Positions 1-11,736 are shown, numbered from the whole stretch's first letter. The stretch: 63,959 nt of DNA, filler included, from Octopus bimaculoides (GCF_001194135.2; 9 parts of 9 records of this genome joined end to end with filler, not necessarily neighbours in it); one strand, 5' to 3'. Notes: generated from the sequence alone by a model not told the origin. Numbers and translations: made by a program.

Positions 1-139
1 GTGTCACATTTGAGGATTCTTTCTGCAGTGTGAGTCCGATCCATCTCCATTTCTTTCGTCTAAAATAGTCACTAATGCTACGAACAACTTCACAGCGGAA
101 TAAAAGTCCAGTATATTTAAATGACTGAGACAAGTATAG

Positions 140-280
140 GCGTAGGAGTGGCTGTGTGGACGTAGCTTGCTTACGAACCACATGGTTTCGGGTTCAGTCC
201 CACTGCGTGGCACGTTGGGCAAGTGTCTTCTACTATAGCCTCGCGCCGACCAACGCCTTATGAGTGGATTTGATAGACTA
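140..280 (+). mobile_element. SINE family A, 5' (tRNA-like head) fragment
   Basis: GGAGTGGCTGTGTGG..GGGTTCAGTCCCACTGCGTGGCAC.TTGGGCAAGTGTCTTCTACTATAGCC is shared with many copies in the window. Confidence 0.8.
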
Positions 281-989
281 CTTGCTTCCCAAAGAAAAGA
301 AAAAACTAAAAGAGGAGATGTAGTGAAAATGACACACTCATTCCCACGTGACAAAGTGGTATGAACCAGCCACAATAAAGTCAGACAGTTAGTCGTTGCA
401 GCAGATCAACAGTAGTAGAGTCGTTGTACGAGTTCTCAGTTGGAGTCAGTGTCAGTTACGTTATATATACGGGTTTGAGTTACCGTCAGGGTAGACGTTA
501 GAAATACGTTGTCTTGCGGAGCAATCAGCGATAGCACGATAGACGAGTCAAAGATAATAAGACGCGGTATACCGCCACAACATAATAGTGGCGACAAGGA
601 TATTACAGTGCCAACGACAACATACAAGTGAACGTGGATCCACATTATAACACATACATAGATACACAAGCACCATAGACATAGAGCCAGATGAAGATGT
701 TTAATTATTATATCGCATTAATTACTTGATTATATGTTTAATAATTTGTGCCAAACATTGAAATTATATACACATCTTAATGATGAAAATATGCGAAATT
801 TTGGACGTAAGTAGTTTGAGAAATTTTCCGGAGATAGGCAATATAAGATAACTTTCGCAGATGAATATTTACAAGTCCACTGCAGAAAGCGGTCTAATAT
901 GTTTGAATAAAACCTTTAAAACGTTAAAATGTTGTTCATAAAAAACAGATGAATTGATGTTAGAGACATATTCGGTTCGGGCTCCTCGT

Positions 990-1380
990 TTCGGTTTGAG
1001 GATGGTCTACCTGAGTGTGCCTCGCTCTTCACTGAGGGGCGGCTATGTTTGAAGAGGTTGTATCACTCCTTGATCTGAGTTTTGGTCATTGCATCATCGC
1101 CAAAGGCCTGCTGAATCTTCTGGATGGTTTGAGCTTGAGTTTCACCAAGCATTTGGCAAATCTTGATGTGTTCGGTGAAAACGAAAATCCGACAAGCGCC
1201 TACTACACATCTATATTCTAGGCGTAACAGCTGGGAACTGGTGTGGCCTACCACCTCGACTATGTTCGCGTATGCGCAGGAAGGGTGGCGTCACCTTCCA
1301 CCCGAAGGATTTTGCCCACGCGGCATTAGTTTTGGTGGGGGGAAAAATGCAGTCAGATACTTTTTAAATGCACCTTGTAA
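990..1380 (-). mobile_element. Mariner relic: 5' TIR and transposase N-terminal HTH fragment
   Basis: The minus strand encodes IKICQMLGETQAQTIQKIQQAFGDDAMTKTQIKE*YNLFK..SEAHSGRP and begins TACAAGGTGCATTTAAAAAGTATCTGAC (TIR-like). Confidence 0.8.
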
Positions 1381-1538
1381 TGCTTGAGTTATGAAAACCC
1401 TCTCCACCTCAAGAGGATGTATTATAATTACCAAATGACAGTTAAAACTAGATCTAGATGAAAAAGGGAGATAATCTCAAGAATCAGGAACTTTCCAAAG
1501 TTAAAGGACAGTTGTGTTGTCTGGAGCTAAAAGTATAG

Positions 1539-1581
1539 TCATGGACACATGTTTCTGCCTCAATACGCATCATCAGCACGA
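1539..1581 (-). ncRNA. Minimal type I hammerhead ribozyme fold with intact core (Penelope-type)
   Basis: The minus strand reads UCGUG CUGAUGA UGCGU-AUUG-AGGCA GAAAC AUGU GUC/CAUGA. It has a 5-bp stem I (one G-U), canonical CUGAUGA and GAAA, a near-palindromic stem III (ACAUGUGU) and a GUC cleavage triplet. Stem II has one G-G mismatch. Confidence 0.75.
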
Positions 1582-1846
1582 TAATTGCCCAACCTTATCT
1601 CCAGTAGCCAAAGAATCTAGACATACGAAAAATGGGTAGAACACAGTTATGGCCAATGTAATTTTCATAATTTAAACGAAAATGAGCTAAGAGAAATAAC
1701 TCTAAGTGGCCAGTGACATATATTTCAGCAACGCAGACGAATACAGGGGTAACAAATACAATACAACATAATTCTTGATTTATTAAAACCATCTCCACCT
1801 CTGGTGTGTAGACGCCTTGTCTACAGGATATAATGATGGTCAATTC

Positions 1847-1889
1847 TCGTGCTGATGGCGCCTGTTTAGGCAGAAACATATGTCAAAGA
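1847..1889 (+). ncRNA. Degenerate inverted paralogue of the 1539-1581 hammerhead
   Basis: UCGUG CUGAUGG CGCCU-GUUU-AGGCA GAAAC AUAU GUC AAAGA. A9 is changed to G and stem I is broken. It lies in an inverted repeat of roughly 1520-1630 versus 1805-1910. Confidence 0.55.
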
Positions 1890-2295
1890 CAAAGCTCTTA
1901 TTTCAAAAGAATAAGCCCGCCATTTTCTTTAATGGCATGTCTACATCATCACTCGATCTGCTTGGAATCACTGGCAAATTTCCCTCAAATCACACTGTTG
2001 CCTTTAAAATATCACATGTTGATTTATACAAGCCTTAGGTCCCTGTGTATAGAAAAAGATAGGGCCAAAGGCGAATATCATTGATTATCGGTTCCCTTGA
2101 TCAGATTTAACCTAGAGTTAAACAATAAGGGCGAATATAATAAAAAGCTGAGAAAATGTAAGAAAATGAAGATCAACCCATCTTTTAATTAGGGATTGCA
2201 TTTACTCATTTGCATTTTACAAGATAATAATGTCACATCGTTTTAATATATTAACATTAAGTAACCATTATTATAATTAATTTTCGCGTTTTAAC

Positions 2296-2327
<32 letters not shown>

Positions 2328-2413
2328 GCCATTATAAATGTTTAACCAGTTGATATGCTTTCTCTGTATACTAATATGCAGGCGACCATTTCCTGTATTG
2401 GCTTCGACCGCTT

Positions 2414-2601
2414 TCAACATATAACATTCGTACGATGGTTGCAGATTCCTAAGTCACGGTCAAACAACGTTCCTTCTGGGCATTTCATTTTCACTGAATA
2501 ATACGAATGTCCTCCACCATAGATGCAATGGACGAAATGTTCACAAGATGTTGGATCAAGGTAAATACCCTCGCCTAATTTAGAACAGTCGACACTTCCA
2601 G
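2414..2601 (-). CDS. GH18 chitinase, terminal coding exon: CBM14 (peritrophin-A/ChtBD2) chitin-binding domain
   Basis: The minus strand reads TTTGTTTTTTCAG|CT GGA AGT..., translating (A)GSVDCSKLGEGIYLDPTSCEHFVHCIYGGGHSYYSVKMKCPEGTLFDRDLGICNHRTNVIC* with six Cys in CBM14 spacing. The 188 nt are 2 nt + 62 codons, and the phase-1 start matches the upstream exon. Confidence 0.93.
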
Positions 2602-3571
2602 CTGAAAAAACAAATATTGTTAGAAGATTTTATATTTATATATATATATATATATATNNNNNNNNNNNNNNNNNNNNNNNNNNNNNNNNNNNNNNNNNNN
2701 NNNNNNNNNNNNNNNNNNNNNNNNNNNNNNNNNNNNNNNNNNNNNNNNNNNNNNNNNNNNNNNNNNNNNNNNNNNNNNNNNNNNNNNNNNNNNNNNNNNN
2801 NNNNNNNNNNNNNNNNNNNNNNNNNNNNNNNNNNNNNNNNNNNNNNNNNNNNNNNNNNNNNNNNNNNNNNNNNNNNNNNNNNNNNNNNNNNNNNNNNNNN
2901 NNNNNNNNNNNNNNNNNNNNNNNNNNNNNNNNNNNNNNNNNNNNNNNNNNNNNNNNNNNNNNNNNNNNNNNNNNNNNNNNNNNNNNNNNNNNNNNNNNNN
3001 NNNNNNNNNNNNNNNNNNNNNNNNNNNNNNNNNNNNNNNNNNNNNNNNNNNNNNNNNNNNNNNNNNNNNNNNNNNNNNNNNNNNNNNNNNNNNNNNNNNN
3101 NNNNNNNNNNNNNNNNNNNNNNNNNNNNNNNNNNNNNNNNNNNNNNNNNNNNNNNNNNNNNNNNNNNNNNNNNNNNNNACATGAAACCATTGGTTGCTTT
3201 GCTAGCACACAAATAAAGAATATGCGTGTATATATGTATGCATGCATGCTTGCATATATGTATGTATGTATGTATGTATTATGTATGTATGTGTGCGTGT
3301 ATGTATGTATGTATGTATGTATGTATGTATGTATGTATTTATGTATGTATTATGCATGTATGTATGTATGTATTATGCATGTATGTATGTATGTATGTAT
3401 GTATGCAGTTGAAGCTATGAACCATTGATGAAATTTTTGACAATTTTTAGTGCCGAGTGCAAGTGTCAGCAATACTAACACGTACCTGATTTAATCTTCC
3501 CACAGACAAGTGACTGTGTTGCTATAACACAAATAAATATGAATATCACTTCATATGAAATCAATACTTAC

Positions 3572-3935
3572 CTGCTGATGGCTGCTTCGTAGGCTTGATC
3601 ACCAGTTTGTTTCGTGTTGCATATTTAAGTTTTTTCGTTTGTTTAAACCATGTTGGTCTTGGCTTCCATGTCGGTTTCTCTTTCCAAGCAGGCTTCGGTT
3701 TAACAGTTATTCTTGGTCGATTTGAACTTCTGTGTCTGCCTGTAACATGTATTCTTCCAATGCTTGACTTCTGTCCCCATGAAATCTCTACCCTGCTCGG
3801 ACCGTAGGGTTGCAGCACATTTCGTATTGTATTCATCAATGGAGACTTACCCTCGTTGCAAGACCCACTGAAATCGTCCATTTCCAAAGACCATACGAAT
3901 GCACCAGCAAAATTATTCTTTACAATATTACGTGC
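3572..3935 (-). CDS. GH18 chitinase, penultimate coding exon: C-terminal end of catalytic domain plus linker
   Basis: Acceptor ATATTTTTATAG|GCA and donor CAG|GTAAGT. Translation ARNIVKNNFAGAFVWSLEMDDFSGSCNEGKSPLMNTIRNVLQP... matches the GH18 beta8 motif (GGAMVWSLDxDDF...GKYPLL), followed by a K/R/P/T/W-rich linker. 364 nt, phase 0 to 1. Confidence 0.92.
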
Positions 3936-4186
3936 CTATAAAAATATATTTAAAATAATATAAATATTGAATGTTGTAATGTTCCGGATTCAGTTCCACT
4001 GCGTGGCTAATTGGAGAAATGTCTTTTACGATGGGACCGACCCGACCAAAGAGTGGATTTAGTGCATGAAAACTATAAGAATCCTGTCGCATATGTGTGT
4101 ATGTGTTTGTGTGTGTGCATCTATATGTGTGTCTTTATGTTTGTGTTTGCCTCCATATTCGCCAAACCTTGCGCCTTCAGATAGGT

Positions 4187-4269
<83 letters not shown>

Positions 4270-4997
4270 NNNNNNNNNNNNNNNNNNNNNNNNNNNNNNN
4301 NNNNNNNNNNNNNNNNNNNNNNNNNNNNNNNNNNNNNNNNNNNNNNNNNNNNNNNNNNNNNNNNNNNNNNNNNNNNNNNNNNNNNNNNNNNNNNNNNNNN
4401 NNNNNNNNNNNNNNNNNNNNNNNNNNNNNNNNNNNNNNNNNNNNNNNNNNNNNNNNNNNNNNNNNNNNNNNNNNNNNNNNNNNNNNNNNNNNNNNNNNNN
4501 NNNNNNNNNNNNNNNNNNNNNNNNNNNNNNNNNNNNNNNNNNNNNNNNNNNNNNNNNNNNNNNNNNNNNNNNNNNNNNNNNNNNNNNNNNNNNNNNNNNN
4601 NNNNNNNNNNNNNNNNNNNNNNNNNNNNNNNNNNNNNNNNNNNNNNNNNNNNNNNNNNNNNNNNNNNCTGGCAAAAATGAGTAATCCTGCAATGGACTGG
4701 CATCATATCCAGGTGGGTAATACATACGCCATAGAAACCGGAGAACCGGGCCCATGAGCCTGGCTAGGCTTTAAAAGGGCGCATTTATTTATTTTATATA
4801 TATATATATATATATAAAAATATATAAATATAAGAGGAATGTTAATATGCATTACGAAGGAAACATCATAAGCAATTCAAAATTATTTACGAATATATCA
4901 ATGGCTAGAACATGAAATCAAAATATGTTTTTATTAAAAAAAGTGTGTATGATTGCGAATAAATGACAATTATAACGGAGAGTGTTACAAAAACCCT

Positions 4998-5476
4998 TAT
5001 ATGTCTAGAAATAGCAGTCAAAACCACTATAAAGCCACTATAACCACTCATATTGTATCTCTTCACAATAAAGCAGCCAGCGGGCGTTATGACATAAAAT
5101 TCAAAACTTAAATAAAAGGTTAGTCTTCTATTGCAATTTCGAAGTTAGGAACCAAAACGGTTCCACTCTTCTCTTCAGGAGAACATTCCTGTAGATACAA
5201 ATTAACACAGAATTTGAATGTGTAGATAGGGGTTGACACATTCTTGCTGGTTGGGACACATGTTAATCCCCAAGGTGTGCTTTTTTGTTTTTTGTTAGTT
5301 TGCATTCAGAGGAATGTTTTGATTCTTAACTTCGAAGTTGCAATAGAGAACTAACCTTTTATTTAAGTTTTGAATGTATGTCATGTCACCCGCCGACAGC
5401 TTTATTGTGAAGAGATACAATATGAGTGGTTATAGTGGCTTTATAGCGGTTTTGACAGCCATTTCTAGACATGTAA
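4998..5476. repeat. Fold-back element with about 150-bp inverted arms
   Basis: 4998-5150 is the reverse complement of 5322-5476 with scattered mismatches (for example ATGTCTAGAAAT..CTATAAAGCCACTATAACCACTCATATTGTATCTCTTCACAATAAAGC). Confidence 0.85.
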
Positions 5477-6028
5477 GCGTTCTCTCCGTNNNNNNNNNNN
5501 NNNNNNNNNNNNNNNNNNNNNNNNNNNNNNNNNNNNNNNNNNNNNNNNNNNNNNNNNNNNNNNNNNNNNNNNNNNNNNNNNNNNNNNNNNNNNNNNNNNN
5601 NNNNNNNNNNNNNNNNNNNNNNNNNNNNNNNNNNNNNNNNNNNNNNNNNNNNNNNNNNNNNNNNNNNNNNNNNNNNNNNNNNNNNNNNNNNNNNNNNNNN
5701 NNNNNNNNNNNNNNNNNNNNNNNNNNNNNNNNNNNNNNNNNNNNNNNNNNNNNNNNNNNNNNNNNNNNNNNNNNNNNNNNNNNNNNNNNNNNNNNNNNNN
5801 NNNNNNNNNNNNNNNNNNNNNNNNNNNNNNNNNNNNNNNNNNNNNNNNNNNNNNNNNNNNNNNNNNNNNNNNNNNNNNNNNNNNNNNNNNNNNNNNNNNN
5901 NNNNNNNNNNNNNNNNNNNNNNNNNNNNNNNNNNNNNNNNNNNNNNNNNNNNNNNNNNNNNNNNNNNNNNNNNNNNNNNNNNNNNNNNNNNNNNNNNNNN
6001 NNNNNNNNNNNNNNNNNNNNNNNNNNNN

Positions 6029-6079
<51 letters not shown>

Positions 6080-7058
6080 GCTTCCAGCGTTAAAACACAC
6101 TGTCACTAAAACAACTTGAACGTCCAAATCGTTAACGTCCAAGCAGCTGCATCCAATCGTCTCATCCTGAATGCTTATAGCGTTAATTTGTATACATTAT
6201 AAATAAACACTATCTCTAAAGTCCGATATTCTCTAGTTTGGCAGATTCGTGTTATGTATGAAGTTATAAATCTTTGGATCCCATGTGTTATAAATCTATC
6301 CGCTCGATCAGGGCTACCCTAGGGCTGCAAACAACAACATTCATTAAAAAAAAACCTCTGAAAGATCCCAACATTTACGTGAGAATCTCGTAAATTAGTC
6401 GTGGGACCAAATATCTGATGTACATCAGCTAATCTCGTCTGTAACCCTTAAAATTGGAACCTCATTTAAGTGTAGCATGTTTGTTTAAGGAACGGCGAGT
6501 TCAGTGCACTTTATTTGTTTTAACTCGTTTAAACATGAACTCGAGGGATGTTACAGTTTAAATACACTGAATGTTTGCTGTGGAAAGTAAACTGGTCTCT
6601 ACGAAAGCATACAGATGCACACTCATACTTCCAGACCGCTAATCAGATCGAATCCCTTATAGGTCTTTCATTCAAACCGGTGTACTTCTTCAACAATTTG
6701 ATATACTGATAGGAGAAAGAGTATACACGATGGCGGTCAATATTTGATTTGTTTTGTTGTTTTTTTTTCGGCTTCAGCTCGAGAAATAGAAGACATTCTT
6801 CTTAGTCTTCCTTTAATTCATAAACTATTATTGACTATATCGTCAAATATGATGCCTTGACATCCATGCACACAGCTAGGTATGGCTGTGAGGTTCGGGA
6901 ATTCGCGTTGCAACCACACAGTTTCGGGTTCAGTCCCACTTCATGGTATCTTAGGCAAGTGTCTTCTACTAAAACCCGGGACCGACGAATACCTTGTGAG
7001 TGAATTTGGTAGACGGGAGCCGTGTGAAAGTCCACCGTATGTGTGTGTGTGTAGTGTG

Positions 7059-7100
<42 letters not shown>

Positions 7101-7217
7101 TGGAACCGCTCGAATACTCCAGATGGTGCTCGAAAAATAAGGAGTGTTACCTCAGTTCACTGGTAGTGAACAGCTGGCATCGCAGTACATCTCCAGCGTT
7201 AGAAGCTGTGCAAAGGC

Positions 7218-7249
<32 letters not shown>

Positions 7250-7697
7250 NNNNNNNNNNNNNNNNNNNNNNNNNNNNNNNNNNNNNNNNNNNNTTAATTA
7301 ATTAANNNNNNNNNNNNNNNNNNNNNNNNNNNNNNNNNNNNNNNNNNNNTATATATATATATATATATATATCAATTAAAACATAGGGGTCCAACTCTTG
7401 TATTCAATCCCCTTTCATTTTTATTTTATTATCCTTTACTTGTTTAAATCATTGGACTGCGGCCATGGTGAGACATCGCCTTGAAGGGTTTCAGTCGAAG
7501 AAATCGGCTCCAGTACTTATTTTAAAGTCTGGTATTTGCTGTTTTTTTTGTTTTTTTTTGCCGCACCGCTAAGTTACGGGGACATAAGCAAATCAACATT
7601 GGATGTCAAGTGATGGGAGGACAAACAGACACAAAAACACACTCACATTTGTCTATGTGTATATGGATGTATGTATGTGTACACACACACACACACG

Positions 7698-7730
<33 letters not shown>

Positions 7731-8164
7731 TAGATAATAATAGATTCATCAGTGTGTGTATGTGTGTGAGTGTGCTTGTGAGTAACCCATGCATAAAAAA
7801 TCGTATGTATTTAGCAATGATAACTCATTTGTTAAATAAGCAATTGGAAATTGACCTGTCTTACACCCCCGATCTGTGATCAAATGATGTCAACGAGAAA
7901 GCCGTTTATGTCATCGCTTCACCTGCTAAAATAACCTTCAAGTCTCGCTTATTACACCTTATACATATTAACTAAGGAAAGGTAACTCTAAAAAGTGCTG
8001 TCCTAGATATACCCCTAATTTGAAAAGGTGGTCACAACTGTGATCATGGATTTGTTGGATCAGAGTTTACCTGGTGATAAACGGCCAGTTGAAATGGGGC
8101 TAAATTTCACATCTGGCCCTGAACCTGATATGTCCAGCTTTGCACATAATATTTGATATTGTTT

Positions 8165-8375
8165 TTTACTCTAGGTACAAGGCCAGAAATTTTGGGGAAG
8201 GAGACCAATCGATTAGATCGACACCAGTACGCAACCGGTACTTAATTTATCGACCTCGAAAGGATGAAAAGCAAAGTCGACCTTGGCGGAATTTGAACTC
8301 AGAACGTAAGGACAGACGAAATACCGCTAAGCATTTCGCCCGGCGTGCTATCGTTTCTGCCAGCTCGCCGCCTTC
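8165..8375 (-). mobile_element. SINE family B (other copies at about 12690-12870, 13240-13450, 14170-14390, 14935-15125)
   Basis: Shared GGATGAAAGGCAAAGTCGACCTCGGCGGAATTTGAACTCAGAACG core, whose opposite strand carries a Pol III B-box-like GAGTTCAAATTCC. Confidence 0.8.
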
Positions 8376-8414
8376 CATAATATTTGATATTAATAAATAC
8401 AATATACTAGTAAT

Positions 8415-8690
8415 GTGGAGGCACATGGCCTAGTGGTTAGACCAGCGGACTCGGGATCGTAGGTTCAAATCTCAGACCGGGCGATGTGCGTGTTTAAGAG
8501 CGAAACACCTAAGCTCCACGTGGCTCCGGCAGAATGTAATGGCGAACTTCTGCTGACTCTTTTGCCACAACTCTCTCTTCTCTCACTCTATCTTCCTGCA
8601 TTTAGCAGCTCACCTGTGACGGACCGGCGTCCCGTCCAGGAGGGGAAACCGGCCCTTATGAGCCAGGCATAGCTCGAGAAGGAACAAACA
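8415..8690 (+). mobile_element. tRNA-derived SINE family C (another copy at about 33200-33330, minus)
   Basis: TGGCCTAGTGGTTAG A-box-like and GGTTCAAATCTC B-box-like head, followed by GAGCGAAACACCTAAGCTCCACG. Confidence 0.75.
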
Positions 8691-9364
8691 ACAAAAGCAC
8701 AACAACATTAGTAATAAATAAATCGACAATTTGAAGGAGGTTTCTACTGTGAGGAACTGGAAAAGTAGATGAGAAAAGAGGGTGGTGGGCACGTAAACGG
8801 CTCTGTAATTGGCTTAAACTAATAACAGGCCCAGACTATGTGTAATATGTAGGCCCCAATTCAAACGACCAGCTCAACCATTATGGATANNNNNNNNNNN
8901 NNNNNNNNNNNNNNNNNNNNNNNNNNNNNNNNNNNNNNNNNNNNNNNNNNNNNNNNNNNNNNNNNNNNNNNNNNNNNNNNNNNNNNNNNNNNNNNNNNNN
9001 NNNNNNNNNNNNNNNNNNNNNNNNNNNNNNNNNNNNNNNNNNNNNNNNNNNNNNNNNNNNNNNNNNNNNNNNNNNNNNNNNNNNNNNNNNNNNNNNNNNN
9101 NNNNNNNNNNNNNNNNNNNNNNNNNNNNNNNNNNNNNNNNNNNNNNNNNNNNNNNNNNNNNNNNNNNNNNNNNNNNNNNNNNNNNNNNNNNNNNNNNNNN
9201 NNNNAAATATACTTCGAAATATCAGCTGTTATTTTTAAAGCAAGACACACAAACCTACATATATAAACAAATACAACAATTTTCCTCTTCACAAATACAT
9301 ATATTCACACACATACCCACACACACACACACACACACACACAAATACACACGCGCGCGTGCAG

Positions 9365-9396
<32 letters not shown>

Positions 9397-9959
9397 GAAC
9401 GCTCACAGGCACGCACATGCGTGCACCCACATACATGTTTACAAATATACGCACAAGCGCATACACAGACAAACATACCAAGAAACCAAACAAGACAGTG
9501 TTTACTAAAAGGATGAATCGGGAGTGAAGAGTAGAATGTCTTGTGACGACTGGCAGAATGTGGAATGGCCTCTGATGACCTCTTTGTATGCATCTTGTGA
9601 TGAATACAAAGTTTCTTTTGTGAGTTTGTAGTTGGTTCGAGTCAATTGGGCGCTGTATTATCTGCGGAACGAAAGACCAATAATTCGCATCCTGTCGGCG
9701 AAAAATTGTCGCTACTGCACGGTCGGCTCCAATTGATGGCAACTTGATAGTCATCGATTTAAACTGGTGATGATTTGGTTCAATCTTCGACTGATTGTTA
9801 CACGTATGAAGAGGCACACATCACAGATACACAGATACCCGCGCACATATGCTCATAGACACACACATACACACACACACACACATACGCACACACGCAC
9901 ACACACACATTCACATACATACAAACATATCTATATATCGCTAGCCACCACACATTCTT

Positions 9960-10054
9960 TATTTTCTCTCCTTGTTTCTTTCTCTGTTCCTTTCTGTGGA
10001 AGAGCGTAGGCTCGAAACGTTAAAGACTTTCTCCATTCCCGAGCGTTATACTAA
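9960..10054 (+). mobile_element. Penelope-like terminal repeat fragment with hammerhead-like variant (9990-10025)
   Basis: CTTT CTGTGGA A GAGC-GTAG-GCTC GAAAC GTT AAAG. A second family copy lies at 17790-17959. Confidence 0.6.
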
Positions 10055-10504
10055 NNNNNNNNNNNNNNNNNNNNNNNNNNNNNNNNNNNNNNNNNNNNNN
10101 NNNNNNNNNNNNNNNNNNNNNNNNNNNNNNNNNNNNNNNNNNNNNNNNNNNNNNNNNNNNNNNNNNNNNNNNNNNNNNNNNNNNNNNNNNNNNNNNNNNN
10201 NNNNNNNNNNNNNNNNNNNNNNNNNNNNNNNNNNNNNNNNNNNNNNNNNNNNNNNNNNNNNNNNNNNNNNNNNNNNNNNNNNNNNNNNNNNNNNNNNNNN
10301 NNNNNNNNNNNNNNNNNNNNNNNNNNNNNNNNNNNNNNNNNNNNNNNNNNNNNNNNNNNNNNNNNNNNNNNNNNNNNNNNNNNNNNNNNNNNNNNNNNNN
10401 NNNNNNNNNNNNNNNNNNNNNNNNNNNNNNNNNNNNNNNNNNNNNNNNNNNNNNNNNNNNNNNNNNNNNNNNNNNNNNNNNNNNNNNNNNNNNNNNNNNN
10501 AATT

Positions 10505-11470
10505 TGTGTAAATAATATATCAGTTGAATAAAATTGAAACATGGTCTGGTTTTCACATTTTTTTATTATGGTATTTTAAACATTAAAAAAATATTTTGTA
10601 ATGTTCATGAAGTTCAAATAGCGCTTTCATAAGTTCGTAGTAAACACCAGATTCTTGACAGCTGTAGTACCTCTTAGAGTGCTCCAACAAGCTGAATTTT
10701 GGGAATATGGTTTTGACCAATCTGCATGCAGCTTAAACGTCACGGTTTACCGATATGCTGTAATTTGTTTATATTCATATGTTAAAGATATCTTTTAATC
10801 CACATTATTAACTGGTTGTTATATTATTGTTGCTATTTCTGTTCAGAAGAGGTTTGAACATTTTAATAAACTGTTTTTCTTTTATCATTCTTCCAACCTC
10901 ACTTGTGTCATGTAGTTTGTGGAAAGGAAAGATTAGAAACATTTTCTGATGACATGTTTCTATATGCTCCCTTAATGGAATTTGGCGAACATTGGTGTTC
11001 TGGATTTGTTGTCTGTGAACTCATGAACGTTCCGATAATGCTTTCCCTGCCTCGCCTATATATAGTTCCTCGCAATTCAGGCATTTAATGCAGTAGATCA
11101 AATTTTTGCTTTTGCAGTTCATATCTGCACTTGCGAAAATCTGTCCATTTTTTTTTGTTCTAATAGATCTACCAGTATGCATGTATTGATACGTTCGACA
11201 TCCGTTATCATTACACTTGGATAATGTGAATGTGTTATCCTGTTTGTTCATGTTGAATTTTGCCTTATTGGAACGTTCTAAGAAGTACTACAGTTGTCAA
11301 GAACTCAACTGTCAGTTAAATACATTTTGAAATCTGATGATCACTACGAACGTATGAAAGCGCTAAACTGAACTTTATGAATATTACAAAATATTTTTTA
11401 ATGTTAAAGTACCATAATAAAAAACGTGAAAACCAAACCATGTTCTAACTTTTTTCAACTGATTTATATT
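10505..11470 (-). mobile_element. Penelope-like element: GIY-YIG endonuclease fragment flanked by inverted terminal repeats
   Basis: The minus ORF 11251-11021 and its continuation encode CKSKNLIYCIKCLNCEELYIGEAGKALSERS.VHRQQI..KEKQFIKMFKPLLN. About 10508-10705 is inverted relative to about 11255-11470. Confidence 0.85.
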
Positions 11471-11702
11471 TATGTATATATTTAGCCCCCCACCAAAAAA
11501 AAAAATGAAGCAAAAAACACGAGAAAAAACAACAACGCAAAGACGTGGTACATGCAAAGTACTAAAAGACGCTCAGGGAAAGAAAGAAAGGGTGTTTTAC
11601 TCAGGAGACAGAGGTAAGTCCAAGAGAAAAGGCAGACGGAGGGAAAAATCGCCAACAATCTATATGTAGTTACATTTTGGAATGACCGGAAGNNNNNNNN
11701 NN

Positions 11703-11736
<34 letters not shown>

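Noticed and set aside
436-669. Frame open on both strands, with a possible terminal exon (VDVRNTLSCGAISD...)
   Set aside because: There is no recognisable domain and the acceptor is weak, so it cannot be supported.
2444-2560. Plus-strand exon-like segment ending CAAG|GTAAAT
   Set aside because: It is the antisense of the CBM14 exon, which explains the sequence fully.
2580-3247. Long ORFs in the track containing X runs or CV/YI/HT/MY dipeptide repeats (dozens across the window)
   Set aside because: They result from N gaps and (CA)n, (TA)n and (TATG)n microsatellites, with no coding signal.
4148-4182. PPYSPNLAPSD mariner motif
   Set aside because: It is only a fragment of about 35 bp embedded in microsatellite, too small to annotate as an element.
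7293-7305. TTAATTAATTAA motif recurring in the middle of N runs (also near 16800, 27706, 32924, 36509, 47044, 58470, 62796)
   Set aside because: It is always flanked by about 50 Ns on each side, so it is an assembly gap marker and not biology. These gaps have unknown true size.
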